From: Candidatus Poribacteria bacterium
GTDB lineage: Bacteria > Poribacteria > WGA-4E > PCPOR2b
Direction: 5' to 3'
NCBI GenBank assembly: GCA_965215015.1
Contig: OZ244042.1
Coordinates: 928,001 to 992,000 of the forward strand
Length of the DNA stretch: 64,000 nucleotides
Under the pieces are notes generated by a model. It saw only the letters and a list, made by a program, of their open reading frames with translations. It did no database searches and was not told where the DNA came from. Each line of letters opens with the position of its first letter. Position 1 is the first letter of the stretch. The position numbers and the translations under genes are program-made. Below, piece by piece: positions 1-10,999 of the stretch.

Positions 1-77
1 AGTTCGATAACAGCTCCTTCCCTTCCTTCCAACCTCCTACGTATGCTCTCAGGAACAAATCAAAAAATAAATATTCA

Positions 78-752
78 TTAATGGCCACCATGTCCTGATT
101 TCCAATATCCTTGACCACCAATCTCCTCAGCTAATTGGACTATAGATGTGTATACTCCATTATGAATTTTACCATCGCAAAAACAATAACCAGCACTCTT
201 TCTATGACTGTATGCACGGATTTTCTCACAAGCCCAAGCAGCTCCTTCAGGAGTAAAAACTAAAACATCATTGCTAGGGGTCAAAAATCCTTTGGCAAAA
301 GGAGAGTATGGTTCGAGAAAATTAACCTTAATAGGAGAATAGCAGGCAAACTCTTCAGGGTGCAAATACCATTGTGGCTGAAATACCTTTGCATCATAGG
401 GCAGTTTAGACAACAATTCTTGAAGTTTACAAAATGGTATTGTTAATCTTCTGTCGTCATTCATCAACATTGTTGTCTTATTAGACCACCTAATCTTCTT
501 AAGAGCTTCATAAAAAGAAAGGGAAGAACAAATATGGCTGCATCGTAGTGATGGTTGATGCTTATGGAAGCGTAACCTCTTCTCTTCCAGCTTTGCTGTC
601 AAATCTTCTCTAGAGGTAGTCTTAGCATCAAACCCAATATGCTTTTCTATCAAACATTTAGGCACTCCAGAATCAAGCAAACAAGCCTTTACAGCCCACT
701 GTCTATTTTCATTACTTTCTATAGTTCTAACCATAACCTTTTCTACTTTCAT
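78..752 (-). CDS. Hypothetical protein, possibly glycosyltransferase family 25-like; AT-rich
   Basis: 224-aa ORF with GGAGG upstream. Motif order GFDA ... CSSLSF ... LMNDD loosely resembles GT25 (FDAVDG / GCxLSH / ILEDD). Visibly lower GC than neighbours. Confidence 0.4.
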   Translation of the reverse strand: MKVEKVMVRTIESNENRQWAVKACLLDSGVPKCLIEKHIGFDAKTTSREDLTAKLEEKRLRFHKHQPSLRCSHICSSLSFYEALKKIRWSNKTTMLMNDDRRLTIPFCKLQELLSKLPYDAKVFQPQWYLHPEEFACYSPIKVNFLEPYSPFAKGFLTPSNDVLVFTPEGAAWACEKIRAYSHRKSAGYCFCDGKIHNGVYTSIVQLAEEIGGQGYWKSGHGGH

Positions 753-859
753 TCAAATTATCCCTCCGAAGCATTTATCTAATTGAACTCTTATTCAGTA
801 ATTAACGATACAATTGAGGATACCGGCTCATGCTCTCTAAATTAAACTAGCACCATTGG

Positions 860-3766
860 TTATAATGTAACCCGGGACTGCTTCCCACCGTGGATGCTAG
901 GCTCTGCACACAACCGCTCACGGAGACGATGCAACCCCGCATAAACATCTGGATGTGTCGCGTCAGCTATCTCAAGCACCTCAGCTAACAGCCGCTGATC
1001 CAACTCCTGACGCACTACATCTTCAAACATCTGATTGAACGGGAGCATTCGCTTATGCTTCATCTCCTCAAAAATGCGCTCGGCGTTTTGCAAGGCAGCT
1101 TGATCCAATTGACGCACATCTAACGTTGGCATCGAATGTAAAAGTGTCAAACGAATTGCACCTCGCCCCGACTGTCGCTTGTTACAGTGCATCCAGTAGC
1201 ATAACAACCCCAACGTTGAATTACTCCATAACATCCAGACGTATTCATACAACGAATTTTCAAACACAACGTTAGGGAGTATACTCATACCAATCGTGGG
1301 CTTCTCTGTGAAGAGCACTGATAACGAATTTGCATTAAAACGTAATCCTATATTCTGGTGGATGCGGCTATTCCTTTCCAATACCTGTTGGGCTTGGTCC
1401 CAATAATTGGACCGAACCATGCCATGGCAATCCGGTTTGACCACCATGCTCCGCTGCCTATCTGATTTTACGTGCCGTAGCCCTAGATAGTCGTCTGCAT
1501 CGGAGTAACCATCTTCTATATCAAAGGCTCCTCGCGCTCCCTTAACCCTTGTATCGTCAAAACTGGTCGTCGCTATCTCACCGACAGAACAGATCGGAAT
1601 TTCGAGAGGGTCACGCTGTTTCGGTAACCAGACATGCCCATTCGCTAAATGGTAGGCGGATTGAATCAACGCAAGATCTTTAATACGTGAGGTGCTCCAT
1701 ATTTTTTCTAACGGACAATTTAAGGCAGACCCTACTATTTCATCCCCCACCTTAATAGGATCTCCACCAATCGGTGGATCTTCAAACTTTCTGACATTCC
1801 AGAGACGTTGAATCCGCTTAGCTATTTCAACTGCCTCTAAATGGCTATTTGGTTTGCGGTAAAGACAGACAAAGTTGCCGCGTCCGGTGTTTTCCGTCCT
1901 GCCTTTGATGGCAACGACGAGACACTCCGCCATGTTCGTATCCGCGGAGAAGGCACAGTTTTCCGTTCTGGCATCGGCGATGGTAACAACGGTTATGTCG
2001 TGATACGCAGCAGCCCATAGGTCCCGCACCTTCTGCCAGTCGGGGGAAATCAGTACAGTCAGGGGAAGCACGAATCCCATCGTGGGCGGATACGGGCCTG
2101 TATCCTCACTATTTTTTAGCATCCGATCAGCAAGGTCAACGAAATAGGAACCGAGGCCTGCGTTGCCATTTGCGATGGAGGTCTCTATGTTTCGGAGCGA
2201 TGCTTTCATCCCATCGGCGATATCTTCATCCCTATCTCCAAACACAGTTGTCGGAACATCGGGGTTATTAGAACTATTGTCCGCGCCCATCCTTGTAAAG
2301 GGTGGGTTATCAATAACGATATCAAACTCGCCATGCCGAAATTCCGATATTTGGTTCTCATCTTGGCAACCATCGCCTTGAACCTGCTCTGTGTTTATTA
2401 ATCCTAATGGTAACGTTGCCCCCGGATTCTCAAGTAAATCCAAAGCCCCTATTGCATATTTGCCATCCAGCCGTTGTGTGCCGTACGCCATAGTATGAAT
2501 GCGAGTTTTTCCAATTTTGATATCGGGATAGGTACTTGCAATAATTGAGGCAGTGAGGTGGCTAGCATTGGGCATAATATCAGCCCCAACGAGGTTATTT
2601 TCTACCATTTGCCGGTGAATGTCTTTCCCGCTCCCACCCGCTTGTTCATGCAGTGCCAATATCCGCTGGTAAAGTCCGTTTAGCAGTGCACCGGTGCCAC
2701 AAGCAAAATCGGCTACCTTGGGGAAGGTACATAACCCGTCCCCTAGGGTAGGCTGCCCGTTGGGTAAAACAAGAGCGGAGAGCAGCGCAACGGATTCAGG
2801 GCGCGTATAGTTCGCCTTGATGAACCTCCGGTCAATAATCAACCGTTGGAAGACGATGCCCGCTAACTCGTGTATCTGTTCCACCCCCTGTGCAATCAGT
2901 CCCTGGGCGGTGCTACGCAACCTCTGCAATAGCCGCCCGACCAGTCTATCATCTGTTGCCAGTACCTCTTTTGTCAGACGATAGGCAACATCGAAGATAG
3001 GGCGATAGTTTACCTGTCGAATGACATCCCAGGCGTTCAAGACTTCATTGACGCTAAGTTGTTCACCCACCCTTTGGAATTGGCCAAGGGAGGGCACCGC
3101 TTCCATTTCCGGAGTGCCAGCAAGTGCACTCTGAAAAACGAAGGCGTTTGTGATGATCAACATCGCCATCCGATAGGTCTGTTCACCCGCTTCTTGATAA
3201 AGGATTTTCTCAATGGTTTCTGCCATGTAGGGGCGTGTCTCTATGGCAGCAGCGAGGAGGATTGCAGCCTCATTTACGTCCTGCTCTAAATCTTCGGCGG
3301 CTCGGGCAACCTTGGAAATGGGGATGGCACCAATTCGGAGGGCAGTGGTAACGTCACTAATATTGCCACTGATCCAACCGCTACTGGGAAAACGGTGGGG
3401 GGCATCAACGCTGAAAAGGGCGTAGTATAGGTCAGCGGCGTCTCGGAGTGCGTCCGGAATCTCAGCACTGCTGAACTGTCGAAACCGGTAGGGGACTCGT
3501 AATACCATGGCGGTTTTAATCGTTTCAAACGATGCTAGGCGTTTTCCGAGTCGTTTTTTTGCTTGTTCTTCGCCTTCCAAGTTCGATGAATTGCGGTGGT
3601 CAATCTTTACCTCTATGACTACTGGCTCTTTGCCGGTTTCTGTCACGGTTATATCGGGACGTTTAGCTTCGCGTAGTAGTGTTTCCTGAGGTTCGATGCT
3701 CCAGGTATTTCCGCGCTCTCGTAATATATCCCCTATATAGATCGAGATTGTGTCCTCAATCTGCAT
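860..3766 (-). CDS. Type IIG-like fused restriction endonuclease / N6-adenine methyltransferase / specificity protein
   Basis: N-terminal PD-(D/E)xK motif (RPDITV...IEVK), SAM-binding DFACGTG, catalytic NPPF, long C-terminal TRD-like region. Likely start MQIED at 3766 with GGAG upstream. Confidence 0.85.
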   Translation of the reverse strand: MQIEDTISIYIGDILRERGNTWSIEPQETLLREAKRPDITVTETGKEPVVIEVKIDHRNSSNLEGEEQAKKRLGKRLASFETIKTAMVLRVPYRFRQFSSAEIPDALRDAADLYYALFSVDAPHRFPSSGWISGNISDVTTALRIGAIPISKVARAAEDLEQDVNEAAILLAAAIETRPYMAETIEKILYQEAGEQTYRMAMLIITNAFVFQSALAGTPEMEAVPSLGQFQRVGEQLSVNEVLNAWDVIRQVNYRPIFDVAYRLTKEVLATDDRLVGRLLQRLRSTAQGLIAQGVEQIHELAGIVFQRLIIDRRFIKANYTRPESVALLSALVLPNGQPTLGDGLCTFPKVADFACGTGALLNGLYQRILALHEQAGGSGKDIHRQMVENNLVGADIMPNASHLTASIIASTYPDIKIGKTRIHTMAYGTQRLDGKYAIGALDLLENPGATLPLGLINTEQVQGDGCQDENQISEFRHGEFDIVIDNPPFTRMGADNSSNNPDVPTTVFGDRDEDIADGMKASLRNIETSIANGNAGLGSYFVDLADRMLKNSEDTGPYPPTMGFVLPLTVLISPDWQKVRDLWAAAYHDITVVTIADARTENCAFSADTNMAECLVVAIKGRTENTGRGNFVCLYRKPNSHLEAVEIAKRIQRLWNVRKFEDPPIGGDPIKVGDEIVGSALNCPLEKIWSTSRIKDLALIQSAYHLANGHVWLPKQRDPLEIPICSVGEIATTSFDDTRVKGARGAFDIEDGYSDADDYLGLRHVKSDRQRSMVVKPDCHGMVRSNYWDQAQQVLERNSRIHQNIGLRFNANSLSVLFTEKPTIGMSILPNVVFENSLYEYVWMLWSNSTLGLLCYWMHCNKRQSGRGAIRLTLLHSMPTLDVRQLDQAALQNAERIFEEMKHKRMLPFNQMFEDVVRQELDQRLLAEVLEIADATHPDVYAGLHRLRERLCAEPSIHGGKQSRVTL

Positions 3767-3918
3767 CCGTATCTCCGTCTTTCTTCCCAATCGGTACAAC
3801 TCATATTAAAAAATGGTGCAACAGCAACCGAGTCTTTGGCAAGCACGGGCGGATAAACCCTACCCCTACGGGATTTTGGGCAGGTACAAGACCTGTCCCT
3901 ACTCCTCTTTCTGTTTTT

Positions 3919-6306
3919 TCAGTGATTTTGTTTGAGTGCCCGATTAAGGACTTCATCCACATGATCAACAAATATAAACTCAAGCCCCTCCTTAGCATCG
4001 TCAGGGACTTCAACGAGATCTTTCTGATTACGCTCAGGTAGGATAACTGTCTTAATCCCCGCCTGTTTTGCAGCGAGCGTTTTCTCCTTCAAGCCGCCAA
4101 TCGGGAGCACACGTCCCCGCAACGTAATCTCGCCAGTCATCGCAACTTCAGGGATAACGCTGTGCCTTGTCACCAGAGAAGCGAGGGCGGTAGCGATTGT
4201 GATACCGGCAGAGGGGCCATCTTTCGGACTTGCCCCGGCTGGCACATGAACGTGGATGTCGTGCTTTTGGAAGAAATCGGAGTCGAAATGTAATGCCTCC
4301 GACTGGGATTTGACATAACTTAGTGCAGCTTGGGCAGATTCCTGCATAACATCGCCGAGCTGCCCTGTAAGCAGTAACTTTCCCTTACCAGCCATACTGG
4401 TCGCTTCTATAAACAGGATCTCACCTCCATAGGCGGTGGCAGACATACCGGTTACAACCCCAATCTCTTCCTTCCGTTCAGCGATTTCAGAGAAGAATTT
4501 GGTTGGTCCCAGATAATCCTGTACATCGTCGATTTTCACATGGGTTGGCGTATCTTTCCCTTCGGCAATCTGGCGAGCAACCTTTCGGCAGATCGTTCCC
4601 ACCTCGCGTTCAAGATTTCGGACACCTGCTTCACGGGTGTATTTGTCAATTACCTGATGAATAGCGTTGTCCGTAATTGGAAGTGCATCCTCCGCTATGC
4701 CGTGCGCTTCAAGTTGGCGCGGGATGAGATATTGCTTGGCAATCATCAGTTTCTCGTTAGCGGTATAGCCGGGGAGTTCGAGAATTTCGAGGCGGTCAAG
4801 CAAAGCGGGAGGAATGGTGTGGAGTTGATTCGCCGTAGTAATGAACATGACCTTCGAGAGATCGAAAGATACCTCAAGGTAGTTGTCTACGAAGTCAAAG
4901 TTCTGCTCTGGATCGAGGACTTCAAGCAGGGCAGCAGCGGGATCGCCTCGGAAATCCGAGCCGAGTTTATCGATTTCATCTAACATAAAAATCGGGTTAT
5001 TGGATTCCACCTGACGCAAACTTTTTACAATACGTCCCGGCATTGAGCCGATGTAGGTGCGGCGGTGGCCCCGAATTTCCGCTTCGTCGTGAACCCCGCC
5101 CAGTGAGATCCGTACAAATTTTCGCTCCATCGCTCTGGCAATTGACGCCCCTAACGAGGTTTTCCCGACCCCTGGCGGCCCCACAAAGCAGAGAATAGGT
5201 CCCTTCATATCTTCTTTGAGCAGGCGCACCGCAAGGTGCTCCAAAATCCGGTCTTTGACCTTTTCGAGGTCATAGTGATCTTCATCAAGGACCTGCTTTG
5301 CGTGAGCGATATCGAGATGATCCTGTGTGCTGACATCCCAAGGGAGGTTAATGAGCCAATCGAGGTAATTTCGAGACACGGTTGACTCTGGGGAGGCTGA
5401 GTGCATTTTGGAGAGGCGATTGAGTTCTTTTTCCGCGACAGCGTGCACTTTTTCGGGCATGTTTGCTTTTTCAATTTGTTCACGCATCTCCTCAACCTCC
5501 AGCAATAGATCATCGGTTTCACCGAGCTCTTTTTGGATGGCTTTCATCTGTTCGCGGAGGAAGTATTCGCGCTGCCCTTGGTTAATCACACCTTGGGCAT
5601 CCGATTGAATCTTGCTTTCCAGTTCAAGCAAATCCAGCTCTTTAGTGAGTGAAACGATTAGCTGAGTCAACCGATCTGTGGGAGAGATGGTTTCCAAGAG
5701 TACCTGTTTATCTTTAGGTTTGAGATCAAGCGTTGCGGCGATATAATCTGCGAGTCGCCCCGGTTCATCAATATTGTCTGCAATGATACTGAACTCTTCC
5801 TGATATCGGGACGAAAGCTCGACAATCTGTTGAAAGAGAGAGGTGGCACTGCGCATCAGGGCTTCGACTTCAACAGTAGTTTCTTCCTCTTTGTCTTCAA
5901 TGATTCGCACCCGTCCTTTGATAAATGGATCGGTCTGTGTGATCTCTTCAATCTGAACCCTTGCACGTCCCTGTGCGAGGAATAAGACATTCTCATCCTC
6001 TTTGCGACACTTAATGATATAGATCTGCGTTCCAACAGTGTTGAAGTCTTCGACCGTCAGTTCCGCTTCATCTTTATCCGACTGGAGCTCAAAGATGCAG
6101 AGCAGCCGCGAACCGCCGATTAGTGCTTCATCGACAGCTGCTGTAATGCTCTCTCCCGATAACACAACGTGATGCGGTGGAAATGGGGGAACCGGCGGCA
6201 TATACGGAAAGATAACCAGATCGTCCTGAACAGGAATAATTGGCAGTTCTTTCGGCTTTTCAACGTTTGCTTCTTGTTTGTTTTTATCCTTTGACGCCAT
6301 CATCAA
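3919..6306 (-). CDS. lon: ATP-dependent Lon protease
   Basis: LON N-domain, Walker A GPPGVGKTS, Walker B MLDEIDK, catalytic PKDGPSAG (Ser) and GGLKEK (Lys). Confidence 0.97.
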   Translation of the reverse strand: MMMASKDKNKQEANVEKPKELPIIPVQDDLVIFPYMPPVPPFPPHHVVLSGESITAAVDEALIGGSRLLCIFELQSDKDEAELTVEDFNTVGTQIYIIKCRKEDENVLFLAQGRARVQIEEITQTDPFIKGRVRIIEDKEEETTVEVEALMRSATSLFQQIVELSSRYQEEFSIIADNIDEPGRLADYIAATLDLKPKDKQVLLETISPTDRLTQLIVSLTKELDLLELESKIQSDAQGVINQGQREYFLREQMKAIQKELGETDDLLLEVEEMREQIEKANMPEKVHAVAEKELNRLSKMHSASPESTVSRNYLDWLINLPWDVSTQDHLDIAHAKQVLDEDHYDLEKVKDRILEHLAVRLLKEDMKGPILCFVGPPGVGKTSLGASIARAMERKFVRISLGGVHDEAEIRGHRRTYIGSMPGRIVKSLRQVESNNPIFMLDEIDKLGSDFRGDPAAALLEVLDPEQNFDFVDNYLEVSFDLSKVMFITTANQLHTIPPALLDRLEILELPGYTANEKLMIAKQYLIPRQLEAHGIAEDALPITDNAIHQVIDKYTREAGVRNLEREVGTICRKVARQIAEGKDTPTHVKIDDVQDYLGPTKFFSEIAERKEEIGVVTGMSATAYGGEILFIEATSMAGKGKLLLTGQLGDVMQESAQAALSYVKSQSEALHFDSDFFQKHDIHVHVPAGASPKDGPSAGITIATALASLVTRHSVIPEVAMTGEITLRGRVLPIGGLKEKTLAAKQAGIKTVILPERNQKDLVEVPDDAKEGLEFIFVDHVDEVLNRALKQNH

Positions 6307-6799
6307 ACTCCTTTCGTTCTGGATTTTCAGTTGCTCCGCCCTCTAATTCTTGTTTGGCTTGGACAACAATCTCCTTTGGCTGATTTTCCTTTGCCTTTGG
6401 GATATGGATTTCAAGAAAGCCATTTGCATAACTTGCAACCGGCTCCACATCATCCGCCAAGACATTTGGTAATACAATCGATCGCTCGAAAGGACCGTAG
6501 TTTAATTCAGCTTGATGGTAGTGTTCTTTTTTTAGGGCGGTTCGTTCTTGGCGGTACCCTTTGAGGGTCAAGACATTTCGATTGAGTTCGATTTTGAGAT
6601 CTTCGCTCGGTTCTATGCCGGCGATTTCAATTTTAACAACAAAACTATCGACCGTTTCATAAATGTCCATCGGCGGTCGCCAATGCGCTGTCTCAGTCGT
6701 TAAATCTTGGGACGGTTCCATGAAATCATCGAAAAGGCGGTTAATCTCTTTTTCCATTTGAAAGAAATGGTCGATTAGTTGGTTCGGGTTTGACTTCAC
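6284..6799 (-). CDS. Hsp20/alpha-crystallin small heat-shock protein
   Basis: WRPPMDIYET, ELNYGPFERSIVLP and ASYANGFLEIHIPK motifs; overlaps the lon start. Confidence 0.93.
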   Translation of the reverse strand: MKSNPNQLIDHFFQMEKEINRLFDDFMEPSQDLTTETAHWRPPMDIYETVDSFVVKIEIAGIEPSEDLKIELNRNVLTLKGYRQERTALKKEHYHQAELNYGPFERSIVLPNVLADDVEPVASYANGFLEIHIPKAKENQPKEIVVQAKQELEGGATENPERKEFDDGVKG

Positions 6800-7000
6800 C
6801 TGTTCATCCTCCTTTCATTGATTTGCTTCTATACATATGTCGCCCCGCTGGGGCTTGGGTGCATAGGGATTTAGCATTGCTATACACATACCGCCCCACT
6901 GGGGCTGTTGGTTCATTAGTTCATATTCGTTAGTGCAATTGCAGTAGGTACGCTGCAGTGTGCCGTAGTTTGCACAAGGGTTATCCAAGCAAAGCGAGAT

Positions 7001-10000
7001 TTAACCCACGCGGTGATACCCATGTCCATCGCCCGTAATTTTATACAGCGCATTTGCTGCCCAGAAGTGGACGTCCCCATCCGAATCTTCCAGAGCTGTC
7101 TTGAGAATGGGTATAGCTTTTGGATTCTTAGCTTCGGCGAGTGCTTTGAGAATGTCGATCCGCAACTTTTTCTCTGATTGACTCGCTTGAAGGGCTTCCA
7201 GCTTTACAGACAACACAGCAACAGCCGCATCATCTCCAATCTTCCCAAGGGCAAGTGCGGCGTCCTGACGGAGTGCTATAACATTGGCATCGTTGTTGAG
7301 CGTTTCTGCTAAGGCTGATACCACGGAGGGGTCACCCAGATCCCCCAACCCCTGTGTTGCCCCGCGTCGCACATCAGCGTTTTCGACTTCATCCAGCATC
7401 AATTTCACAAGATCATCTTTGAATTCACTGAGCTTGCCTTCGCCGGCACCGAGTGCCGTGAATTGGCGTATCTGCACGATTGGATCGGTGAGCAGTTCCT
7501 TGATTCTCGGTATAGCCTCTGGGGCGTCAGATTTTGCGAGGGCATTGGCAGCGTACGCCTTTACAGGCCATTCTTCTAGCGGATCTTCAATTCGCTGAAT
7601 CATCTTGGGGGCGATAAATGCAGGCAGCCGAAACGGTTTTGTCGCTATGACAAAGTTTTCCCAACCCCAGTTGTGTTTTGGAATTTTTTTATCATCTTTG
7701 TCTACTATCGCAATGACATATTCGGATTCGTCAACGAGCCGTCTTCCAAATGCTTCAGCGGCACGTTGGTCTTTAATGTTGGCAAGTGCCGCGGCGGCTT
7801 TTGTGCGAGCGGAGAGCTTCGCAAGCGCATCTGTACGGGCATCCAGTTCTAGGCTTTGGTCTTCGAGGATTTTAATCAGTGCCGGCACAGCTTTTGCGCT
7901 CTTTAACTCTCCGAGTCCTGTGACTGCGTTCGTGAAAATAGCTCCTTTTTCGGTATCCGTCTCCAAAATATTAAGGAGCACCGCTTCGGCTTTTTCGCCT
8001 CCGATCAACCCAAGGGCGGTCACGCAGGCTGCCTTTACCGTTTTATCTTCGAGAGGCGCGTAAAACAGTTCAATAAGTTTATCGACCGCCCTCGCTTCTC
8101 TGATAGCCCCCAACGCGGTCGCAGCCTGGGCGCGAACTTCAATATGTTCGTCATCTAGCGAGGCAAGGAGTGATGCGGCTGCGCGTTCATCAAGCAGCGT
8201 GCCTAGCGCCGTTGCGGCACTCGCGCGGATCGATTTGTACTCATTTTTGTCCTCAAGGATTTTCGTCAATACTTCAAGGGATTTCCGATCTTTGCTGAGT
8301 CCAAGCCCGAGTACCGCTTCCTTGCGAATAACAGGGTTCGGGTGTTCTAACTGAGCACTCATAGCATCCACAGGGGAATTGTCGTTTTCTTCAAGCCTCC
8401 CTAGCGCAAACGTCAGTTTCCATCGTGTCCATTCGTCTTCCTCGGATTTGAGCGCATTTATTATAGATTCCGCTGTCGCCGCTTTGCCAAGTTTGGTTAA
8501 GGAGGTGATTATCTCAGTCTGAACAGATAGGACTTCCTGCTTTTCTTCAAATGTTCCCCATCCCTTTTTCAAGACATCAACCAGGCCGTCATCGGCAAGT
8601 TCAGCCGGCAATTCACGTAGCGCGATGGCCGCCTGTTTGCGCGCTCCCTCAAATTTATCTTTTTTGAGTGTTGTTAGCAAAGGATTTATCACTTTGTTCC
8701 CTTTGATTTTGCCCAGGGCAACTGCAGCTTCTTGACGTACAATCCCTTGTTTATCACTCCTAAGTGCTTCAATCAAGGGATCAACTACCATTTCACCTTT
8801 AACCTCGCCTAAAGCAAAGGCGGCACTCCTACGTACAGCAGCGCGCTCGTCCTCTTTAAGCGCATTGATTAACGGCTGCACAACTGTATCGCCTTTGATT
8901 TTGCCGAGTGAGAGCGCGACTTCACTACGAACAAGACTCGGAATTGGTTTGAGCTCACCCCACGTTCGATAATCGGGTGGAGCATACTCCCCCGTCCACT
9001 CAACTCCTAAGTTGGTGATGGCTTCCTTCAACCGTGCGAGGGTGTTGTACTGCCTTTTCAGGTGTCTTTGGAAGTCTTTGATATCCTCATAGCGGGTTCC
9101 CAAGACCCACACGAGGGCGGGCACAGATTCTGGTGCCTTAATCGCTCCCAAAGCCGCAACAGCACCTTTGCGGAGGGCAGGGCTAGTTTCATCGCTTAAC
9201 ATTAAGAGCAGCATCGGTTGTACCGCTTGGGCAGCAGCGAGTTTAGTTAAAGCAGATAACGCAGCACTCCGCACGGTTTCACGCCCCCGTTTGTCCATTG
9301 CCATTGTAATCAGCCCCTGAATCGCTTCATCAGTACTAATCTGGATTTCACCGAGCGCGTTGGCAGCGTTGGCAGCGGTTGTGTCATCCAGCTTCAACCC
9401 CTGAATCAGTGCATCGCGTGCAATGTTATTTGTGCCACGCCCTCTTAGAACACCAAGCGTTTTGGCTGCTGCTGCTCTCACATCCTTTCGAGCATCGGTC
9501 ATCAACGCCTCACTGAGACCATCCACCGAGCGCAAATCGGCGATACCTGCTAGCACTTCTGCGCTCCGAATCCTGACATCATCCCTCGAATCCTTCAAGG
9601 CATTGACGAGCCCCGGAATGGCAACTCCCTTCATTGCCTGCAACGCAGCACCTGCACTCCCACGAAGGTCATCATTATCGAGCAAGCTAATCAGGCGGGG
9701 AATTGCTTCTTCGGCTTTTAATGCGCCGAGGGCTTGCGCTGCAGCAGCCTGTGTGTTAATGCGATGATTTTTACGCCGAGTTGTGTCGATATACGCGTTT
9801 GCGAGGTATTGGTACTCCGATGTCAGTTGGAGGAATTCAGTTGAATTCTCATCTGGGAGGACATTCTGGGCACCGGAGTCGAGCACTTCAATTAGAGGCT
9901 CAATAGACGCCTCACCGATCTCTGTCAGGGCATTGATCGATGCAGTTCTGACGTAAGCATCCAGGTCCGCCAACAGATGAATCAGTGAAGGGATGGCTTC

Positions 10001-10837
10001 CTCCGCTTTGAGTTGACCAATCAATTTTGCTGCATGCATCCGCACCTGCCCGGCATTGGTCTGTGTTGCTAGCTTGAGGGCAGGTACGATTGGTTCCTCC
10101 CTAAGCCGCTCCAGAGCAACAATCACGTTGTAAAGCACATAGGGGAATTCGTTCTTGTCTTTGAGGATTGATTTAAATGTGGGGATCAGTTTCGGGGCTT
10201 CCAAATCCGCTAAATGCTTGACAGCTCCCTTTCTAATATCGGCGTCCGGGTGCTGCGTCGCGTTGATCAGCAGGTCGGATACCCTCGGCGTATTGCCGAG
10301 TTTTTGAATCAGCATCATCGCTGCACCACTAGCCGTCGGGTCAAAGCACTTTTCAGCCTCTAAGAGCCCTATGATGGCAGCGGAATCGGTCTGACTGACC
10401 AATTCTGACAAGAGATTGGCGTTTTTTTCAACGGCTGCAGCGAGCGAATTTGCAAGAAGCCCGGCAATCGAATTTCTGGAACGGATGAGTCGCTCTAAGC
10501 GATCGAGATCGTCGGAATCCGGATCTTCTTGTGTTTCCAGCGTTTTTATATCCTTATTGAGCGGCTGTAAATAATCTACCACCTTTTGAATGGTCCCGTG
10601 CCAAGCAGCCACGTCAGTACTCCAACCCGAAGCGGTGTGTAGCTGGAGTAGGACTCGCAGTGACCGTGTTTCTGGCAGGTCCGGTGCGGTAGCGATAGCA
10701 CTCCGGGCGGCGGCATAATCTGCTTGTGCAATTGCTGCCCGTGCTTCCAGGATGTTTTTATCTTCTTTCTCAGCGCAGCCCGTGAGGATACTGATTGCCG
10801 ACACAAGACTGATAAACAGAACTAATTTTTGTTTCAT
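7001..10837 (-). CDS. Large HEAT/PBS-lyase repeat lipoprotein
   Basis: Signal peptide with lipobox LTGC; many repeats of the type VRxxAAxALGxIxxxxAVxPLIxAL across 1278 aa. Confidence 0.88.
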   Translation of the reverse strand: MKQKLVLFISLVSAISILTGCAEKEDKNILEARAAIAQADYAAARSAIATAPDLPETRSLRVLLQLHTASGWSTDVAAWHGTIQKVVDYLQPLNKDIKTLETQEDPDSDDLDRLERLIRSRNSIAGLLANSLAAAVEKNANLLSELVSQTDSAAIIGLLEAEKCFDPTASGAAMMLIQKLGNTPRVSDLLINATQHPDADIRKGAVKHLADLEAPKLIPTFKSILKDKNEFPYVLYNVIVALERLREEPIVPALKLATQTNAGQVRMHAAKLIGQLKAEEAIPSLIHLLADLDAYVRTASINALTEIGEASIEPLIEVLDSGAQNVLPDENSTEFLQLTSEYQYLANAYIDTTRRKNHRINTQAAAAQALGALKAEEAIPRLISLLDNDDLRGSAGAALQAMKGVAIPGLVNALKDSRDDVRIRSAEVLAGIADLRSVDGLSEALMTDARKDVRAAAAKTLGVLRGRGTNNIARDALIQGLKLDDTTAANAANALGEIQISTDEAIQGLITMAMDKRGRETVRSAALSALTKLAAAQAVQPMLLLMLSDETSPALRKGAVAALGAIKAPESVPALVWVLGTRYEDIKDFQRHLKRQYNTLARLKEAITNLGVEWTGEYAPPDYRTWGELKPIPSLVRSEVALSLGKIKGDTVVQPLINALKEDERAAVRRSAAFALGEVKGEMVVDPLIEALRSDKQGIVRQEAAVALGKIKGNKVINPLLTTLKKDKFEGARKQAAIALRELPAELADDGLVDVLKKGWGTFEEKQEVLSVQTEIITSLTKLGKAATAESIINALKSEEDEWTRWKLTFALGRLEENDNSPVDAMSAQLEHPNPVIRKEAVLGLGLSKDRKSLEVLTKILEDKNEYKSIRASAATALGTLLDERAAASLLASLDDEHIEVRAQAATALGAIREARAVDKLIELFYAPLEDKTVKAACVTALGLIGGEKAEAVLLNILETDTEKGAIFTNAVTGLGELKSAKAVPALIKILEDQSLELDARTDALAKLSARTKAAAALANIKDQRAAEAFGRRLVDESEYVIAIVDKDDKKIPKHNWGWENFVIATKPFRLPAFIAPKMIQRIEDPLEEWPVKAYAANALAKSDAPEAIPRIKELLTDPIVQIRQFTALGAGEGKLSEFKDDLVKLMLDEVENADVRRGATQGLGDLGDPSVVSALAETLNNDANVIALRQDAALALGKIGDDAAVAVLSVKLEALQASQSEKKLRIDILKALAEAKNPKAIPILKTALEDSDGDVHFWAANALYKITGDGHGYHRVG

Positions 10838-10999
10838 TGTCCATCTCCTTTTTTATGTGTGATGCGTAAAACGTAAGAACCTATTTGAAAAGTCATTATA
10901 ATATATCGTTGTGGGGCAAGATGCCCCACCTACGGTGGTAGCTTTTTAATTTAAACAGCTTCTAAAGCATAACCTGTAAATTCTAGCCCATTGCCTGAT

